This document shows, one piece after another, positions 35,289-48,231 of a stretch of DNA of 64,000 nt; positions within the stretch are counted from its first letter, which is position 1, and each line of letters starts with the position of its first letter. The stretch covers positions 3,317-67,316 of the forward strand of contig CALUKU010000013.1 in assembly GCA_944321295.1 (NCBI GenBank), in the 5' to 3' direction. The DNA is from an uncultured Prevotella sp. Its GTDB lineage: Bacteria; Bacteroidota; Bacteroidia; Bacteroidales; Bacteroidaceae. A program made the translations under genes and the position numbers. The notes under the pieces are model-generated. The model made no database searches and was not told the DNA's origin. It saw only the letters and a list, made by a program, of their open reading frames with translations.

Positions 35289-36332
35289 ATGAGTAGGAAA
35301 TATTTGCTTATAGCCTCGTTCGCATTGTTTGCCGCCATGCCTGTGGCTGCTGAAGACGACGGTGACAAGGTTGACCGTACACCGAAAATAAATGGAACGT
35401 TGCGCGGAAAATATGAATACCAAACAGAAGAGGGCGAAGGACGCTTCCAGGTGCGCAATGCCCGCGTAAGCATTACGGGCAATGTCACTAAGGTCGTTTC
35501 GTATAAGGCGGAGATTGACCTGTCGGACGAGGGAAAGATAAAAATGCTCGACGCTTACACAAGGCTGAAGCCTGTGCGCGGACTCGACTTCACGATCGGC
35601 CAGATGCGCGTGCCGTTCACCATCGACGCCCACCGCTCTCCCCATCAGCAGTATTTTGCCAACCGCTCGTTCATAGCCAAGCAGGTGGGCAACGTGCGCG
35701 ACGTGGGCGCCACGCTGGGCTACATGTTCAACGTCGGTTTCCCCATTAAGCTTGAGGCCGGTATCTTCAACGGCTCGGGGCTTACTGACCAAAAAGACTT
35801 CTGGACTAACAACATAAACTTCTCCGTCAAGGCGCAGTTCATGCTGCCGCGCGGTTTCAACATAACGTTGAGCACACAGAAGATACGCCCCGACCACTTG
35901 TCGGTCATGATGTACGACGCCGGTGCGTATTACCATGCCCACGGCTGGCACGTCGAGGCCGAGTATCTTTATAAGCATTATGCAGACAACGCTTTCAAGG
36001 CCGTCCATTCGGTTGACGCCTTCGTCAGCTACGACATACCCCTGCGCAAGTGCTTTTTCAAGAAGATATCGCCGCTCGTGCGTTACGACTACATGAGCGA
36101 CCACAGCGACGGCATGCGCTATAACGCGGCCGGCGACGAGGACGCAACGGGCTCGCTCGTAGTCAATGACTATCAGCGTTCGCGCGTTACGGGCGGCGTG
36201 ACGCTCAGTCTTGATCTGCCGTTCGTTTCTGACATAAGGCTCAACTATGAAAAGTATTTTTATCGTGACGGCGCGATAGCCAAACCGTCCGAGCGCGACA
36301 AGATAGTGGTGGAATTCATGACAAGATTCTAA
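35289..36332 (+). CDS. Outer-membrane porin (OprO/OprP-like)
   Basis: Signal peptide; FQVRNARVSITG, LDAY, GQMRVPF, RDVGA motifs; C-terminal Phe. Confidence 0.78.
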   Translation: MSRKYLLIASFALFAAMPVAAEDDGDKVDRTPKINGTLRGKYEYQTEEGEGRFQVRNARVSITGNVTKVVSYKAEIDLSDEGKIKMLDAYTRLKPVRGLDFTIGQMRVPFTIDAHRSPHQQYFANRSFIAKQVGNVRDVGATLGYMFNVGFPIKLEAGIFNGSGLTDQKDFWTNNINFSVKAQFMLPRGFNITLSTQKIRPDHLSVMMYDAGAYYHAHGWHVEAEYLYKHYADNAFKAVHSVDAFVSYDIPLRKCFFKKISPLVRYDYMSDHSDGMRYNAAGDEDATGSLVVNDYQRSRVTGGVTLSLDLPFVSDIRLNYEKYFYRDGAIAKPSERDKIVVEFMTRF

Positions 36333-36375
36333 GTTAATAACAAGGTTGTAAACGCAGCACCTTTCTTAAAAGGTG

Positions 36376-36416
36376 AAAATCCGTAGAGGCTGCTTTGGCA
36401 GGCGTCTACGGATTTT
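36376..36416. terminator. Bidirectional terminator between porin and uvrA
   Basis: aaaatccgtaga / tctacggatttt. Confidence 0.7.
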
Positions 36417-36485
36417 TTTGTATGCCGTCGCCGTGGGGCTGACGGCGGTCTTTGCGGTGTCTGGGCGGTTGTCGGCCGTGCGGCG

Positions 36486-39308
<2,823 letters not shown>

Positions 39309-39431
39309 ATATCTATTCAGTAGTTAAGGGCTTTCTTTTAATTAGGAGTTAAGAATGGGGAACGAAGAACGGGTAATCCGATTGCTTTTCAACGGTTTAC
39401 CGTTTTGCTTGTTTGCCTTTTTACTTTCACG

Positions 39432-40160
39432 TCATTCCGCCACGCTGCCCGTACTCTCGGTGTAGCCCCTGAGCAGGTTGACGTCGCGCCTGATGTTATA
39501 TTTGCGGCCGTCGGCTCCGCGCGCCTTCACTACAACGAAGTAGACGCCCTGGGCCACGTCCTTGCCCTTGTAGGTGCCGTCCCATCCGCCGGCGGGGTCG
39601 TCCCATTCGTACAGCTTCTGCCCCCACCGGTTGAAGATTGTTGCCTTGAACTCGACTATCGACTGATAGTTGGTCTTGGCCTGGTAGATGTCGTTAATGC
39701 CGTCGCCGTTTGGCGAGAAGGCGTTGGGCATTTCAAGCCGGCTTTCGCTCACGCTTACGCGCAGCGGTCCGCGCTCGGCCCAGTAGTCCTGCGTGTAGGC
39801 CACGGTGTCGTTGCCGTTGACGAAGGTGGCGTAGAGCACGATGTTGTGCGTGCCCGCCTGTGTGAACGTGTACTCAGTGTCCTGCTCGTAGCGGATGAGG
39901 TACGGCTCGTCGTCGGTGTCGACTGTGAAGCGCCATTCGTAGCTGGCCGTATAGTCGCCGACGTTCTCCGGGTTGGCCTCGAAGCGTCCCAGGAGCGGCG
40001 CGTTGCCCGTGTATTCCTCGCTTTCCTCCTCGCCGTCCTCGGTGGTGTATGTGGCCGTGGGGTTGATGGTAGGCAGTTCGTCGTATGTCTGCGCCGCCGC
40101 CGTGCCGGCAAAGGCCGTCAGCATGGCGGCAATGAGTGCTGTCAATAATCTTTTTTCCAT
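39432..40160 (-). CDS. Secreted protein with T9SS type-B (gliding-motility-associated) C-terminal domain
   Basis: Signal peptide; MPNAFSPNGDGIND, IFNRWG, WDGTYKG, GVYFVVV. Confidence 0.85.
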   Translation of the reverse strand: MEKRLLTALIAAMLTAFAGTAAAQTYDELPTINPTATYTTEDGEEESEEYTGNAPLLGRFEANPENVGDYTASYEWRFTVDTDDEPYLIRYEQDTEYTFTQAGTHNIVLYATFVNGNDTVAYTQDYWAERGPLRVSVSESRLEMPNAFSPNGDGINDIYQAKTNYQSIVEFKATIFNRWGQKLYEWDDPAGGWDGTYKGKDVAQGVYFVVVKARGADGRKYNIRRDVNLLRGYTESTGSVAE

Positions 40161-40480
40161 AGAGTCTGCTCCGTAAGATTGTATTTATTGCATCTGCAAA
40201 AGTACGCAATAAAGTTGACTTTGCCGTTCATTGTTAATGATTTTTTATATTGCCGTGCGTTTAAGAGCAGGTTTTTACTTTTTGTAAGAATAACCGCCGC
40301 CGTGCTTTCTTTTTGGTTTACGATGGCGCTGCAGAGAGGCTTCGCTCTGTGCGGAAAGGCCGTTCGGCGGAAATAACGGCAGAATTTGTGTGCAAGCGTA
40401 ACGGCTTTTAAGTCTGCCGGTTATGCCGTTGGCAAACAGGAATGTGCAATTTCCGTGTGCGGCGGGCGGCCTCAGCGGCA

Positions 40481-40610
40481 GCCAAAGCTTGCCTTTTGCG
40501 GCGTGAGAGGTAAGCTTTTGCCATGCCGAAGGCGGCTTTCACGGCGGCGTTTCGCCGCCGTCAGGGCTGTAATATGCGGCCTTTCAGGCATAAAACGGGC
40601 GCTTTATGTG
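40481..40610. repeat. 22-bp-period array (GC-richer variant)
   Basis: Units at 40481, 40503, 40525, and about 40567 and 40589. Confidence 0.5.
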
Positions 40611-40794
40611 TGAAAAATGCTTGTCGGCGGCTGACGGATGGCGTGCCGGCGGCGTCGTGCTTTTCCTGTTTCGGCGGATTGTCAGTAAGTTCACGGTTTG
40701 ACAGAATGAAGCGTTATTTACGTAAAAGGTGACATTCTGGCCGATAGTAGGCGCTTGGTTTGTAAGCTGTTGGTTACATTATTATATTTATAGA

Positions 40795-40896
40795 GTTGTC
40801 TTTATATAAGATAAGCTGCGCCTCGGAAATGAAAATAAAACCTCGTTTCACTCGCTTTTATTTTGCTTTTCGCTCGGCTTGCATTATCTTTGCAGT
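40795..40896 (+). repeat. Promoter-associated hairpin unit, longer variant, upstream of the LysM gene
   Basis: taagataagctgcgcctcgg-hairpin-cgctcggcttgcattatctttgca; upstream box degenerate (ttgtctttata). Confidence 0.65.
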
Positions 40897-40918
40897 CTGT
40901 AAGGATAAAGTTTAGGAC

Positions 40919-42256
40919 ATGAAGCGATTAGCATTATACGTTCTGCTGCTGCTCGCGCTTGTGACGGTGGACGGCTTCGCCCAGAAGGGGTCGTGGCAGG
41001 ACATACACAAGGTGGAGAGCAAGGAAACAATGTTCGGCATTGCCCGCCGTTACGGCATAACCGTTGACGAGCTGGTGAAGGCCAACCCCGACATGGCCGT
41101 GCCCGGCTACAATCTCCGTGTGGGCGACTATGTGTTCATTCCGTTCCCGGCCTCGCAGGCCGGCGCGGCAGGCTCGGCGCCGAGGGCGGCCAAGCCTGTG
41201 CCCGAGGGGGCGCTAAGGGTTGGGGTGATGTTGCCCCTGCACGATGACGACGGCGACGGCCGCCGCATGATTGAATATTACCGCGGACTGCTGATGGCAT
41301 GCGAGGACCTGAAGAAGGAGGGCGTGTCGATAGCCGTCAACGCGTGGAACGTGCCTATCGACGCCGACATCTACCGCACGCTGGTGAAGGACGGCGCCGA
41401 CAAGTGCGACGTCATCTTCGGCCCGCTATACTCAAAGCAGGTGAAGCCTATGTCGTTCTTCGCCAAGGACAACGGGATAAAGCTCGTCATTCCGTTCTCC
41501 ATCTCGGGCGACGACGTGGACTCTAATCCCAACATCTTCCAGGTGTACCAGTCGCCCGAGGACTTTTACGGCCGCGTGGCCGACCACTTTGCCTACCGTT
41601 TCAAGGACTACCACGTCGTCGTCGTAGACTGCAACGACAAGAAGAGCGACAAGGGTGTGTTCACCTTCCCGCTGAGGAAGAAGCTGGCCGCTAAAGGCGT
41701 GTCGTGCAGCGTCACCAACTTAACTTCCGACGACGGCGTGTTCGGCGGCGCGTTCAGCGCGGTAAAGCCCAACATGGTGGTACTCAACACTTGGCGCTCG
41801 CCCGAGCTGACGGTGGCCCTGCGCAGGCTTGACGAGCTGACCGGGCGCCACCCCGGGCTGAAGGTGTCGCTCTTCGGTTACACCGAGTGGCTGATGTTCG
41901 TCAACCATAACCAGGACAAGTTCTTCAAGTACGACACGTACATCCCCACAAACTTTTACTATAACGTCTACTCGTCGAAGGTGGCCGCCTTCGAGGCGCG
42001 CTACCGTGCCGCCTTCGGCAGCGGGATGATGGACTACCTGCCGCGCTTCGCCCTCACGGGCTACGACCACGGCATGTTCTTCCTGCGCGGGCTGCACCGC
42101 CAGGGCAAGGCCTTCAGCGGCGCCGAGGAGGACAAGAACGCCCTGCAGACGTGGATGCGCTTCGCCCGCAGGAAGGCGGGCGGCGGCTACCGCAACGAGG
42201 CGCTGCAGTTTGTCCACTACAACACCGACAAGTCAATATCGATAATTAACTTCTGA
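40919..42256 (+). CDS. LysM-domain protein with periplasmic-binding-protein-like fold
   Basis: HKVESKETMFGIARRYGITVDELVKANP LysM; VGVMLPL and DVIFGPLY in C-terminal part. Confidence 0.8.
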   Translation: MKRLALYVLLLLALVTVDGFAQKGSWQDIHKVESKETMFGIARRYGITVDELVKANPDMAVPGYNLRVGDYVFIPFPASQAGAAGSAPRAAKPVPEGALRVGVMLPLHDDDGDGRRMIEYYRGLLMACEDLKKEGVSIAVNAWNVPIDADIYRTLVKDGADKCDVIFGPLYSKQVKPMSFFAKDNGIKLVIPFSISGDDVDSNPNIFQVYQSPEDFYGRVADHFAYRFKDYHVVVVDCNDKKSDKGVFTFPLRKKLAAKGVSCSVTNLTSDDGVFGGAFSAVKPNMVVLNTWRSPELTVALRRLDELTGRHPGLKVSLFGYTEWLMFVNHNQDKFFKYDTYIPTNFYYNVYSSKVAAFEARYRAAFGSGMMDYLPRFALTGYDHGMFFLRGLHRQGKAFSGAEEDKNALQTWMRFARRKAGGGYRNEALQFVHYNTDKSISIINF

Positions 42257-42263
42257 CCCATCG

Positions 42264-43019
42264 ATGAAGTTCCGCAACACTATCGTAACGTTGCTGCTGC
42301 TGGCCTGGGCGGCCGGCGCGGCGGCTCAGGTGGGCAAGTACCGCAACGACCTGGCCTTGGGCGTCAACGGCGGCTACGTGCTCAGCACGGTGGGCTTCAG
42401 CCCGCGGGTCAACCAGAAGATGCACGGCGGCGTGACGGGCGGCGTGTCGTTCCGCTACGTCTGCGAGAAGTATTTCAACACCATCTGCTCGGTCCAGGCC
42501 GAGGTGAACTACGCCGCGATAGGCTGGACCGAGAACATTCTTGACGCCGTCGACGCGCCCGTCATCAACGCCGCCACGGGCCTGCCCGAGGAGTACAGCC
42601 GCACGATTAACTACATACAGGTGCCCGTATTCGCCCACCTGGCGTGGGGCCGCGAGGAGCGCGGCCTGCAGTTCTTCTTCCAGGCGGGGCCGCAGCTGGG
42701 CTTCTGCATAAGCGAGTCGACGAAGACCAACTTCGACCCGAAGCAGGCCAACTTTGCCGACCGCGTGAACGACGTAACGGCGCAGGACACGATGGCCGTC
42801 GAGAACAAGTTCGACTACGGCATTGCCGCCGGCCTGGGGCTTGAGTATTCGCACCCCAAGATTGGCCACCTGCAGCTCGAGGCGCGCTATTACTACGGCC
42901 TGGGAAACATCTACGGCAACTCGAAACAAGACTATTTCGGCAAGTCGAACTTCGGCAACATCGTGGTGAAGCTTACCTACCTGTTCGACATCTTCAAGAC
43001 TAAGAACCGCGAACTCTGA
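42264..43019 (+). CDS. Outer-membrane beta-barrel (porin family) protein
   Basis: Signal peptide; YIQVP..AH..WG, AGPQLG, FDYGI..GLG, EARYYYGL. Confidence 0.75.
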   Translation: MKFRNTIVTLLLLAWAAGAAAQVGKYRNDLALGVNGGYVLSTVGFSPRVNQKMHGGVTGGVSFRYVCEKYFNTICSVQAEVNYAAIGWTENILDAVDAPVINAATGLPEEYSRTINYIQVPVFAHLAWGREERGLQFFFQAGPQLGFCISESTKTNFDPKQANFADRVNDVTAQDTMAVENKFDYGIAAGLGLEYSHPKIGHLQLEARYYYGLGNIYGNSKQDYFGKSNFGNIVVKLTYLFDIFKTKNREL

Positions 43020-43055
43020 CCACGCGCCGCCTTGACGGCGACCCCGCATAGGCTA

Positions 43056-43090
43056 AAGGCCCGTCCCTCACAGTTGCAGGGGCGGGCCTT
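43056..43090 (+). terminator. Terminator after the OMP gene
   Basis: aaggcccgtccct / aggggcgggcctt. Confidence 0.65.
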
Positions 43091-43117
43091 ATTCTTTGGC
43101 GCGGCGGCCGCCCGGAG

Positions 43118-43227
43118 CTCAAGGGGCCTCCCCTTTATGTGTAAGGAACCGTTCCTTGCAGTGTAAGGAACGGCTTTTCGGAATGTAAGGAACGGTTCCT
43201 TACAATCCGGGAGGCGGCTTCCCTGTC
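43118..43227. repeat. 22-bp-period palindromic array (5 units)
   Basis: tgtaaggaac at 43140, 43162 and 43184; flanking units at 43118 and 43206. Confidence 0.85.
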
Positions 43228-43300
43228 GTCGGGAGGACGCCCCGCGGACGATGACGGATAATTAACTTAATTTTGCGGAGATGGATTTTGCGGTTCCGCA

Positions 43301-43385
43301 CGTTTGCGTTATCTTTGTATAAGATAAGCTACACTCGGGAAATTGAGAGCAAGCTCTCTTTCCGCTCGTTTGCGTTATCTTTGTA
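43301..43385 (+). repeat. Promoter-duplicating hairpin unit (19-bp direct repeat) upstream of the HU-like gene
   Basis: cgtttgcgttatctttgta at 43301 and 43367 around taagataagctacactcgggaaattgagagcaagctctctttccgct. Confidence 0.8.
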
Positions 43386-43427
43386 AACGGCAACCTTTGC
43401 CGTATGTAAAACTAAATATTTAAGCTT

Positions 43428-43883
43428 ATGTCAGTCAAGTACAGACTTTACAGGAACAACATTTCAAACACCGGCACGCACCGCAAGTGGTACGCCCGTG
43501 CCGTGGTCAGCCGCACGGTGGGCATTGACGAGATAGCCGCCCGCATACAGGACGGCTGTACCGTGAAGCGCTCCGACGTGCTGGCCGTGCTCTGCGAGCT
43601 GTCAGAGGCCGTGCGCGACGAGCTGCTGGCGGGCAACCGTGTCGTCCTGCCCGGCCTCGGCTCGTTTAAGGTGGGGCTGGCCTCGGCGCCCGCCGACACG
43701 CCCGACGAGTGGACGCCCGCCCGCCATCTGCGCGGCGCCCACATAGTGTTCCGCCCCGAAACGGCCGACTCTTACGCCTCGGGCCGCCGCTCGCGCTCGC
43801 CCAAGGCTCTGCGCGGCCTCGAGGTGGAGGAGCTGCCCCGCTACGACAAGGGCGGACGGCCCAAAGACGCGGGCCGGCGCTGA
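43428..43883 (+). CDS. HU-related DNA-binding protein of Bacteroidota type
   Basis: KWYARAV, IDEIAARI...TVKRSDVLAVL, GNRVVLPGLGSFKVGL, IVFRP. Confidence 0.85.
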   Translation: MSVKYRLYRNNISNTGTHRKWYARAVVSRTVGIDEIAARIQDGCTVKRSDVLAVLCELSEAVRDELLAGNRVVLPGLGSFKVGLASAPADTPDEWTPARHLRGAHIVFRPETADSYASGRRSRSPKALRGLEVEELPRYDKGGRPKDAGRR

Positions 43884-44025
43884 GCTGTAGCCGCGGCGTC
43901 ATGCCTGCACGCAGGCCGCCGCTTCGGCATGTTGAAACGAAAAGGGGGCGCCCCTCTGCGGAGCGTCCCCTCTATGTCGTGCCTTCGTCGGCGGCACATG
44001 CGCATGCGGCCGCCGGCGACTGGCG

Positions 44026-45594
44026 TCAGAACTCGCTGGTGAAGTGGAAGCGTATGTGCTTGAAGTCCTGCTGCGCCATTTGCAGCACGTAGCCCGAGTC
44101 GGCCAGGAACACGTCGCGGCCGTCCTTGTCCTTAGCCATGTACTGGTACTTGCGCTTCTTAAACTGCTCCAGCTCCTCGGCGTCGTCAGAGTCAATCCAG
44201 CAAGCCTTGTACAGGTGAACCGGCTCCCAGCGGCACTTTGCGCCGTACTCGTTCTCCAGGCGGTATTGTATGACCTCGAACTGCAGCTGGCCTACCGTGC
44301 CGATTATCTTGCGGCCGTTGAACTGGTTGACGAACATCTGCGCCACGCCCTCGTCCATCAGCTGGTCGATGCCCTTGGCCAGCTGCTTTGCCTTCATCGG
44401 GTCGTCGTTCTCGATATACTTGAACATCTCCGGCGAGAACGACGGCAGGCCGCGGAAGTGGAGCGCCTCGCCGTCGGTCAGCGTGTCGCCTATCTTGAAT
44501 ATGCCGTTGTCGGGCAGTCCCACTATGTCGCCGGGCCACGCCTCGTCGATGGTGCTTTTCCTCTGCGCCATGAACTGCGTAGGTGACGAGAAGCGGACCG
44601 TCTTTCCCAGACGCACGTGCAGGTAGGGCTTGTTGCGCTCGAACTTGCCGCTGCATACCTTGCAGAAGGCTATGCACGAGCGGTGGTTGGGGTCGATGTT
44701 GGCCGTAATCTTGAAGATGAAGCCCGTAAACTTAGGCTCCTCAGGCTCAACCATGCGCTCCTCGGCCTTAGTGGGGCGGGGGCTGGGCGCTATGCGGACG
44801 AAGCAGTCGAGCAGTTCCTGCACGCCGAAGTTGTTAAGGGCGCTGCCGAAGAACACCGGCGCGACCTCCGCCGCGCGGTAGTCGGCCACGCTGAACTCCG
44901 GGTAGACGCCGTCAACCAGCTCCAGGTCGTCGCGCAGCTTACCGGCGTCGGCCTCGCCCACGCGGGCGTCAAGCTCGCTTCCCGTTATGTCGACCTCGAC
45001 CTTTTCGGTCACGCGCTGCTTGTCGGGCGTGAACAGGTTGAGCCTGTTCTCGTAGATGTTGTACACGCCCTTGAACTTGGCGCCTTGGTTTATCGGCCAC
45101 GACAGGGGGCGCACCTTTATCTCAAGCTCCTGCTCCAGCTCGTCGAGCAGGTCGAAGGGGTCGCGCCCCTCGCGGTCCATCTTGTTGATGAAGATAATCA
45201 CCGGCGTAGAGCGCATGCGGCACACGTTCATCAGCTTGCGCGTCTGCGCCTCCACGCCCTTAGCACCGTCAACCACGATGATGGCCGAGTCGACGGCGGT
45301 GAGCGTCCTGTAGGTGTCCTCGGCGAAGTCCTGGTGGCCCGGCGTGTCAAGTATGTTCACCTTGTAACCTTCGTAGTCGAACTCCATGACCGAAGTCGAC
45401 ACCGATATTCCGCGCTGCTTCTCGATGTCCATCCAGTCTGACGTGGCCGTCTTGCGTATCTTGTTGTTCTTCACGGCGCCAGCCACCTGTATCTGGCCGC
45501 CGAAGAGCAGGAACTTCTCGGTCAGTGTCGTCTTACCCGCATCGGGGTGTGATATGATGGCGAAAGTGCGCCTTCTCTCTATTTCCTTGTTCAT
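44026..45594 (-). CDS. prfC: Peptide chain release factor 3
   Basis: [40 protein letters not shown]. Confidence 0.97.
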   Translation of the reverse strand: MNKEIERRRTFAIISHPDAGKTTLTEKFLLFGGQIQVAGAVKNNKIRKTATSDWMDIEKQRGISVSTSVMEFDYEGYKVNILDTPGHQDFAEDTYRTLTAVDSAIIVVDGAKGVEAQTRKLMNVCRMRSTPVIIFINKMDREGRDPFDLLDELEQELEIKVRPLSWPINQGAKFKGVYNIYENRLNLFTPDKQRVTEKVEVDITGSELDARVGEADAGKLRDDLELVDGVYPEFSVADYRAAEVAPVFFGSALNNFGVQELLDCFVRIAPSPRPTKAEERMVEPEEPKFTGFIFKITANIDPNHRSCIAFCKVCSGKFERNKPYLHVRLGKTVRFSSPTQFMAQRKSTIDEAWPGDIVGLPDNGIFKIGDTLTDGEALHFRGLPSFSPEMFKYIENDDPMKAKQLAKGIDQLMDEGVAQMFVNQFNGRKIIGTVGQLQFEVIQYRLENEYGAKCRWEPVHLYKACWIDSDDAEELEQFKKRKYQYMAKDKDGRDVFLADSGYVLQMAQQDFKHIRFHFTSEF

Positions 45595-45731
45595 TGCTTA
45601 TCGTTGTTTAGCGGCCCGGCTGACATGCGGCGGGCTGGCCGGGCCGAAGCCCCGTCAGCCCGCCGTGGCCTGCCGGCCCGTTGGTTTGTCGTTGTGCGTT
45701 AAGCGTGCCGCCGCTGCGGGGCCGTAGCCCG

Positions 45732-46274
45732 TCAGAATTCCAGCGGCTCCTCCTTGTCCTTGTGGTAATAGTCCGACAGCATGCCGACGAACGTGCTTAT
45801 CTCCTTGACGGCGTGCTCCGTGTCGGGACTTATCTTCTTTTTCTGCAGGCGCAGCATCATCACCCCGTAAAGGGCGTTGAAGCACGTCTCAATCTCCTGC
45901 TCGCCGCCGTCGGCGCCGCGCTTGCGCAGCTCCACGATGAACGGCAGCACCTTGTAATACTCGCTGTTGTAGAAGGGGTATTTCGTGCTCTGCAGCAACT
46001 GGGCGTTAAGCTCCACGAGCTGCTGCATCACTATCTTGTTGATCTGCAGGTGGCCCCGCTCGCGGCAGCCCTCCTCGTTCATCATCCTGACGAGGTTGCC
46101 GTACCAGTCGGCCATCTCGTCCTTCTGCTCGTCGGAGTAGTCGAAGCGGTCGATGTACTCGCGCCTTATGCGCCCCAGGCTGCAGCCGTAGGCGCGTATG
46201 ATGTCCTCCACCTGCCACATGTACAGCAGGTATTCGGCAATGTTCTTCTTCCTTAATTCTTGTGAGATAAACAT
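45732..46274 (-). CDS. DUF4924 family protein
   Basis: MFISQELRKKNIAEYLLYMWQVED...GHLQIN...CFNALYGVMMLRL; the ORF-track extension to 46520 overlaps the LysE gene and is not used. Confidence 0.75.
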   Translation of the reverse strand: MFISQELRKKNIAEYLLYMWQVEDIIRAYGCSLGRIRREYIDRFDYSDEQKDEMADWYGNLVRMMNEEGCRERGHLQINKIVMQQLVELNAQLLQSTKYPFYNSEYYKVLPFIVELRKRGADGGEQEIETCFNALYGVMMLRLQKKKISPDTEHAVKEISTFVGMLSDYYHKDKEEPLEF

Positions 46275-46321
46275 GTCTTGATTGTGTGTTATGCCGTCGT
46301 CCGAATGTGCGCGGCCGCCCG

Positions 46322-46990
46322 TCAGTAGCTGAAGGTGTAGAGGTTGAACACCGTGCCGATAAGCACCACCAGCGAGAATATCATCACAATGCTGCCGATG
46401 AACTTGTTGATGATGACGATACTGCTGTTGTCGAACTTGTTGCGGACCTTGTCTATCAGCCACGTCAGCCCGAACCACCACAGCAGCGCGCCGCATATTA
46501 TGCTGAGGTAGCCCACGCACATGTGCAGCGGATGCTTGGGTATGACGAACGCGAACTGGGCGAACGACGCCATGAAGAGGAATATTATAAGCGGATTGGA
46601 GAACGTGACGAGAAATGCCGTCACGCCGTTGTGTATCAGCGTGCCCTTCTTGTTGCCGCTGACGTGTATCTTCTTAGTGGGGTCGGAGCGGTAACAGTAG
46701 ACGCCGAAGGCAAGCAGCATTATGCTGCCCGTTATCTGCAGGATGAAGCGGTTGTGGCTGTTGTTGATGAGGTCCATCACGAAGCTCATTCCGAAACCTG
46801 TTATCAGGGCGTAGATAAAGTCGCTCACGGTGGCGCCGACGCCTGTTACGAAACCGTACCAGCGGCCCTTGTTGAGCGTGCGCTGTATGCAGAGGACTCC
46901 AACGGGACCCATAGGCGCAGACGCAACAATGCCTATTAACATTCCCTTGAATATCCAATCGAGTATGTCTAAATGAATCTGGAACGGCAT
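46322..46990 (-). CDS. LysE family transporter
   Basis: SAPMGPVGVLCIQRTL, GVGATVSD, TFSNPLII; hydrophobic. Confidence 0.85.
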   Translation of the reverse strand: MPFQIHLDILDWIFKGMLIGIVASAPMGPVGVLCIQRTLNKGRWYGFVTGVGATVSDFIYALITGFGMSFVMDLINNSHNRFILQITGSIMLLAFGVYCYRSDPTKKIHVSGNKKGTLIHNGVTAFLVTFSNPLIIFLFMASFAQFAFVIPKHPLHMCVGYLSIICGALLWWFGLTWLIDKVRNKFDNSSIVIINKFIGSIVMIFSLVVLIGTVFNLYTFSY

Positions 46991-47126
46991 AACGGCTGCA
47001 AAATTGCGAATTTTTGACGAAAGAAACAAATTTTGGAAGTAAAAGTTTGCCGTGTGTGGGATTTTTGATACCTTTGCAAGTATTCAACTTTCAACATCAT
47101 TATTTAAAATTTAAATCTCGAATATC

Positions 47127-48107
47127 ATGATACCACAAACTTTGAAACCCTACGTGATAGGTCTTGACCTTGGCGGCACCAACTCTGTTTTCGGAATAGT
47201 TGACAGCCGCGGCGACATAAAGGCCACTACGGCCATTAAGACGCAGGCTTACGACAACGTGGAAGACTACGTTAAGGCTTCCATTGAGGCGCTGAACATA
47301 ATCATAGACCAGGTCGGGGGCATTGAGAACATAAAGGCCATGGGCATAGGAGCGCCCAACGCCAATTATTATAAAGGTACCATCGAGTTCGCTCCGAACA
47401 TTGCCTGGGCGCACAGCTGCTGCGTTCCGCTGGCCGAAATGTTCAGCAAGGAGCTGGGCGTGCCTGTCGCCATCACCAACGACGCCAACGCCGCCGCCCT
47501 TGGCGAGATGAACTACGGCGTGGCGCGCGGCATGAAGAACTTCATCATGCTGACGCTCGGCACGGGCGTGGGCTCGGGCATTGTCATCAACGGACAGATG
47601 GTTTACGGCTGCGACGGCTTTGCCGGCGAGCTGGGCCACGTAATCATGCGCCGCGATAACGGCCGCTCGTGCGGCTGCGGGCGCACGGGCTGCCTTGAGG
47701 CATACTGCTCCGCCACGGGCGTGGCTCGCACAGCGCGCGAGTTCCTCTCGACAAGCGACATGCCGTCGCTGCTGCGCGAATACAAGCCCGAGGACATCAC
47801 TTCGTTGGAGGTGTCGATAGCCGCCGGCAAGGGCGACGAGCTTGCCAAGAAGGTTTACGACTTCACCGGCGAAATGCTCGGCGAGGCCTGTGCCGACTTC
47901 GCCGCTTTCGCTTCGCCCGAGGCGTTCGTCTTCTTCGGCGGACTGACAAAGGCCGGCGATCTTATAATGGAGCCGATTAAGAAGAGTTACGACGAGCACG
48001 TAATGCCCGTGTTCAAGGGTAAGGCGCAGTTCCTGATTAGCGGACTCGACGGCTCTTCTGCCGCCGTGCTCGGCGCGAGCGCCATCGGCTGGGACATTCA
48101 AGAATAG
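47127..48107 (+). CDS. ROK family sugar kinase (glucokinase-like)
   Basis: GLDLGGTN, NDANAAALGE, TLGTGVGSG, GELGH, CGCGRTGCLEAY. Confidence 0.92.
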   Translation: MIPQTLKPYVIGLDLGGTNSVFGIVDSRGDIKATTAIKTQAYDNVEDYVKASIEALNIIIDQVGGIENIKAMGIGAPNANYYKGTIEFAPNIAWAHSCCVPLAEMFSKELGVPVAITNDANAAALGEMNYGVARGMKNFIMLTLGTGVGSGIVINGQMVYGCDGFAGELGHVIMRRDNGRSCGCGRTGCLEAYCSATGVARTAREFLSTSDMPSLLREYKPEDITSLEVSIAAGKGDELAKKVYDFTGEMLGEACADFAAFASPEAFVFFGGLTKAGDLIMEPIKKSYDEHVMPVFKGKAQFLISGLDGSSAAVLGASAIGWDIQE

Positions 48108-48231
48108 TATATAAGCATGCAGGCGGCGTGCAGACAGGGAGATTTGACGGCGTTGGCCGTGCTCGGCGCAAGGCGGCGCGGGCGAATCTCCCTGTCTGCT
48201 TGTCGTTTGTGGAAGGTAATCGGTTAAAAAG

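Noticed and set aside
40179-40732. Short ORFs in the divergent gap before the LysM gene
   Set aside because: Overlap repeat arrays; no start context or motifs.
43118-43227. CRISPR array (also considered for other 22-bp arrays and 61107-61146)
   Set aside because: Units abut without unique spacers, repeats are degenerate and no cas genes are present.
46275-46520. N-terminal extension of the DUF4924 ORF
   Set aside because: Overlaps the LysE gene; recognisable sequence starts at ATG 46274.
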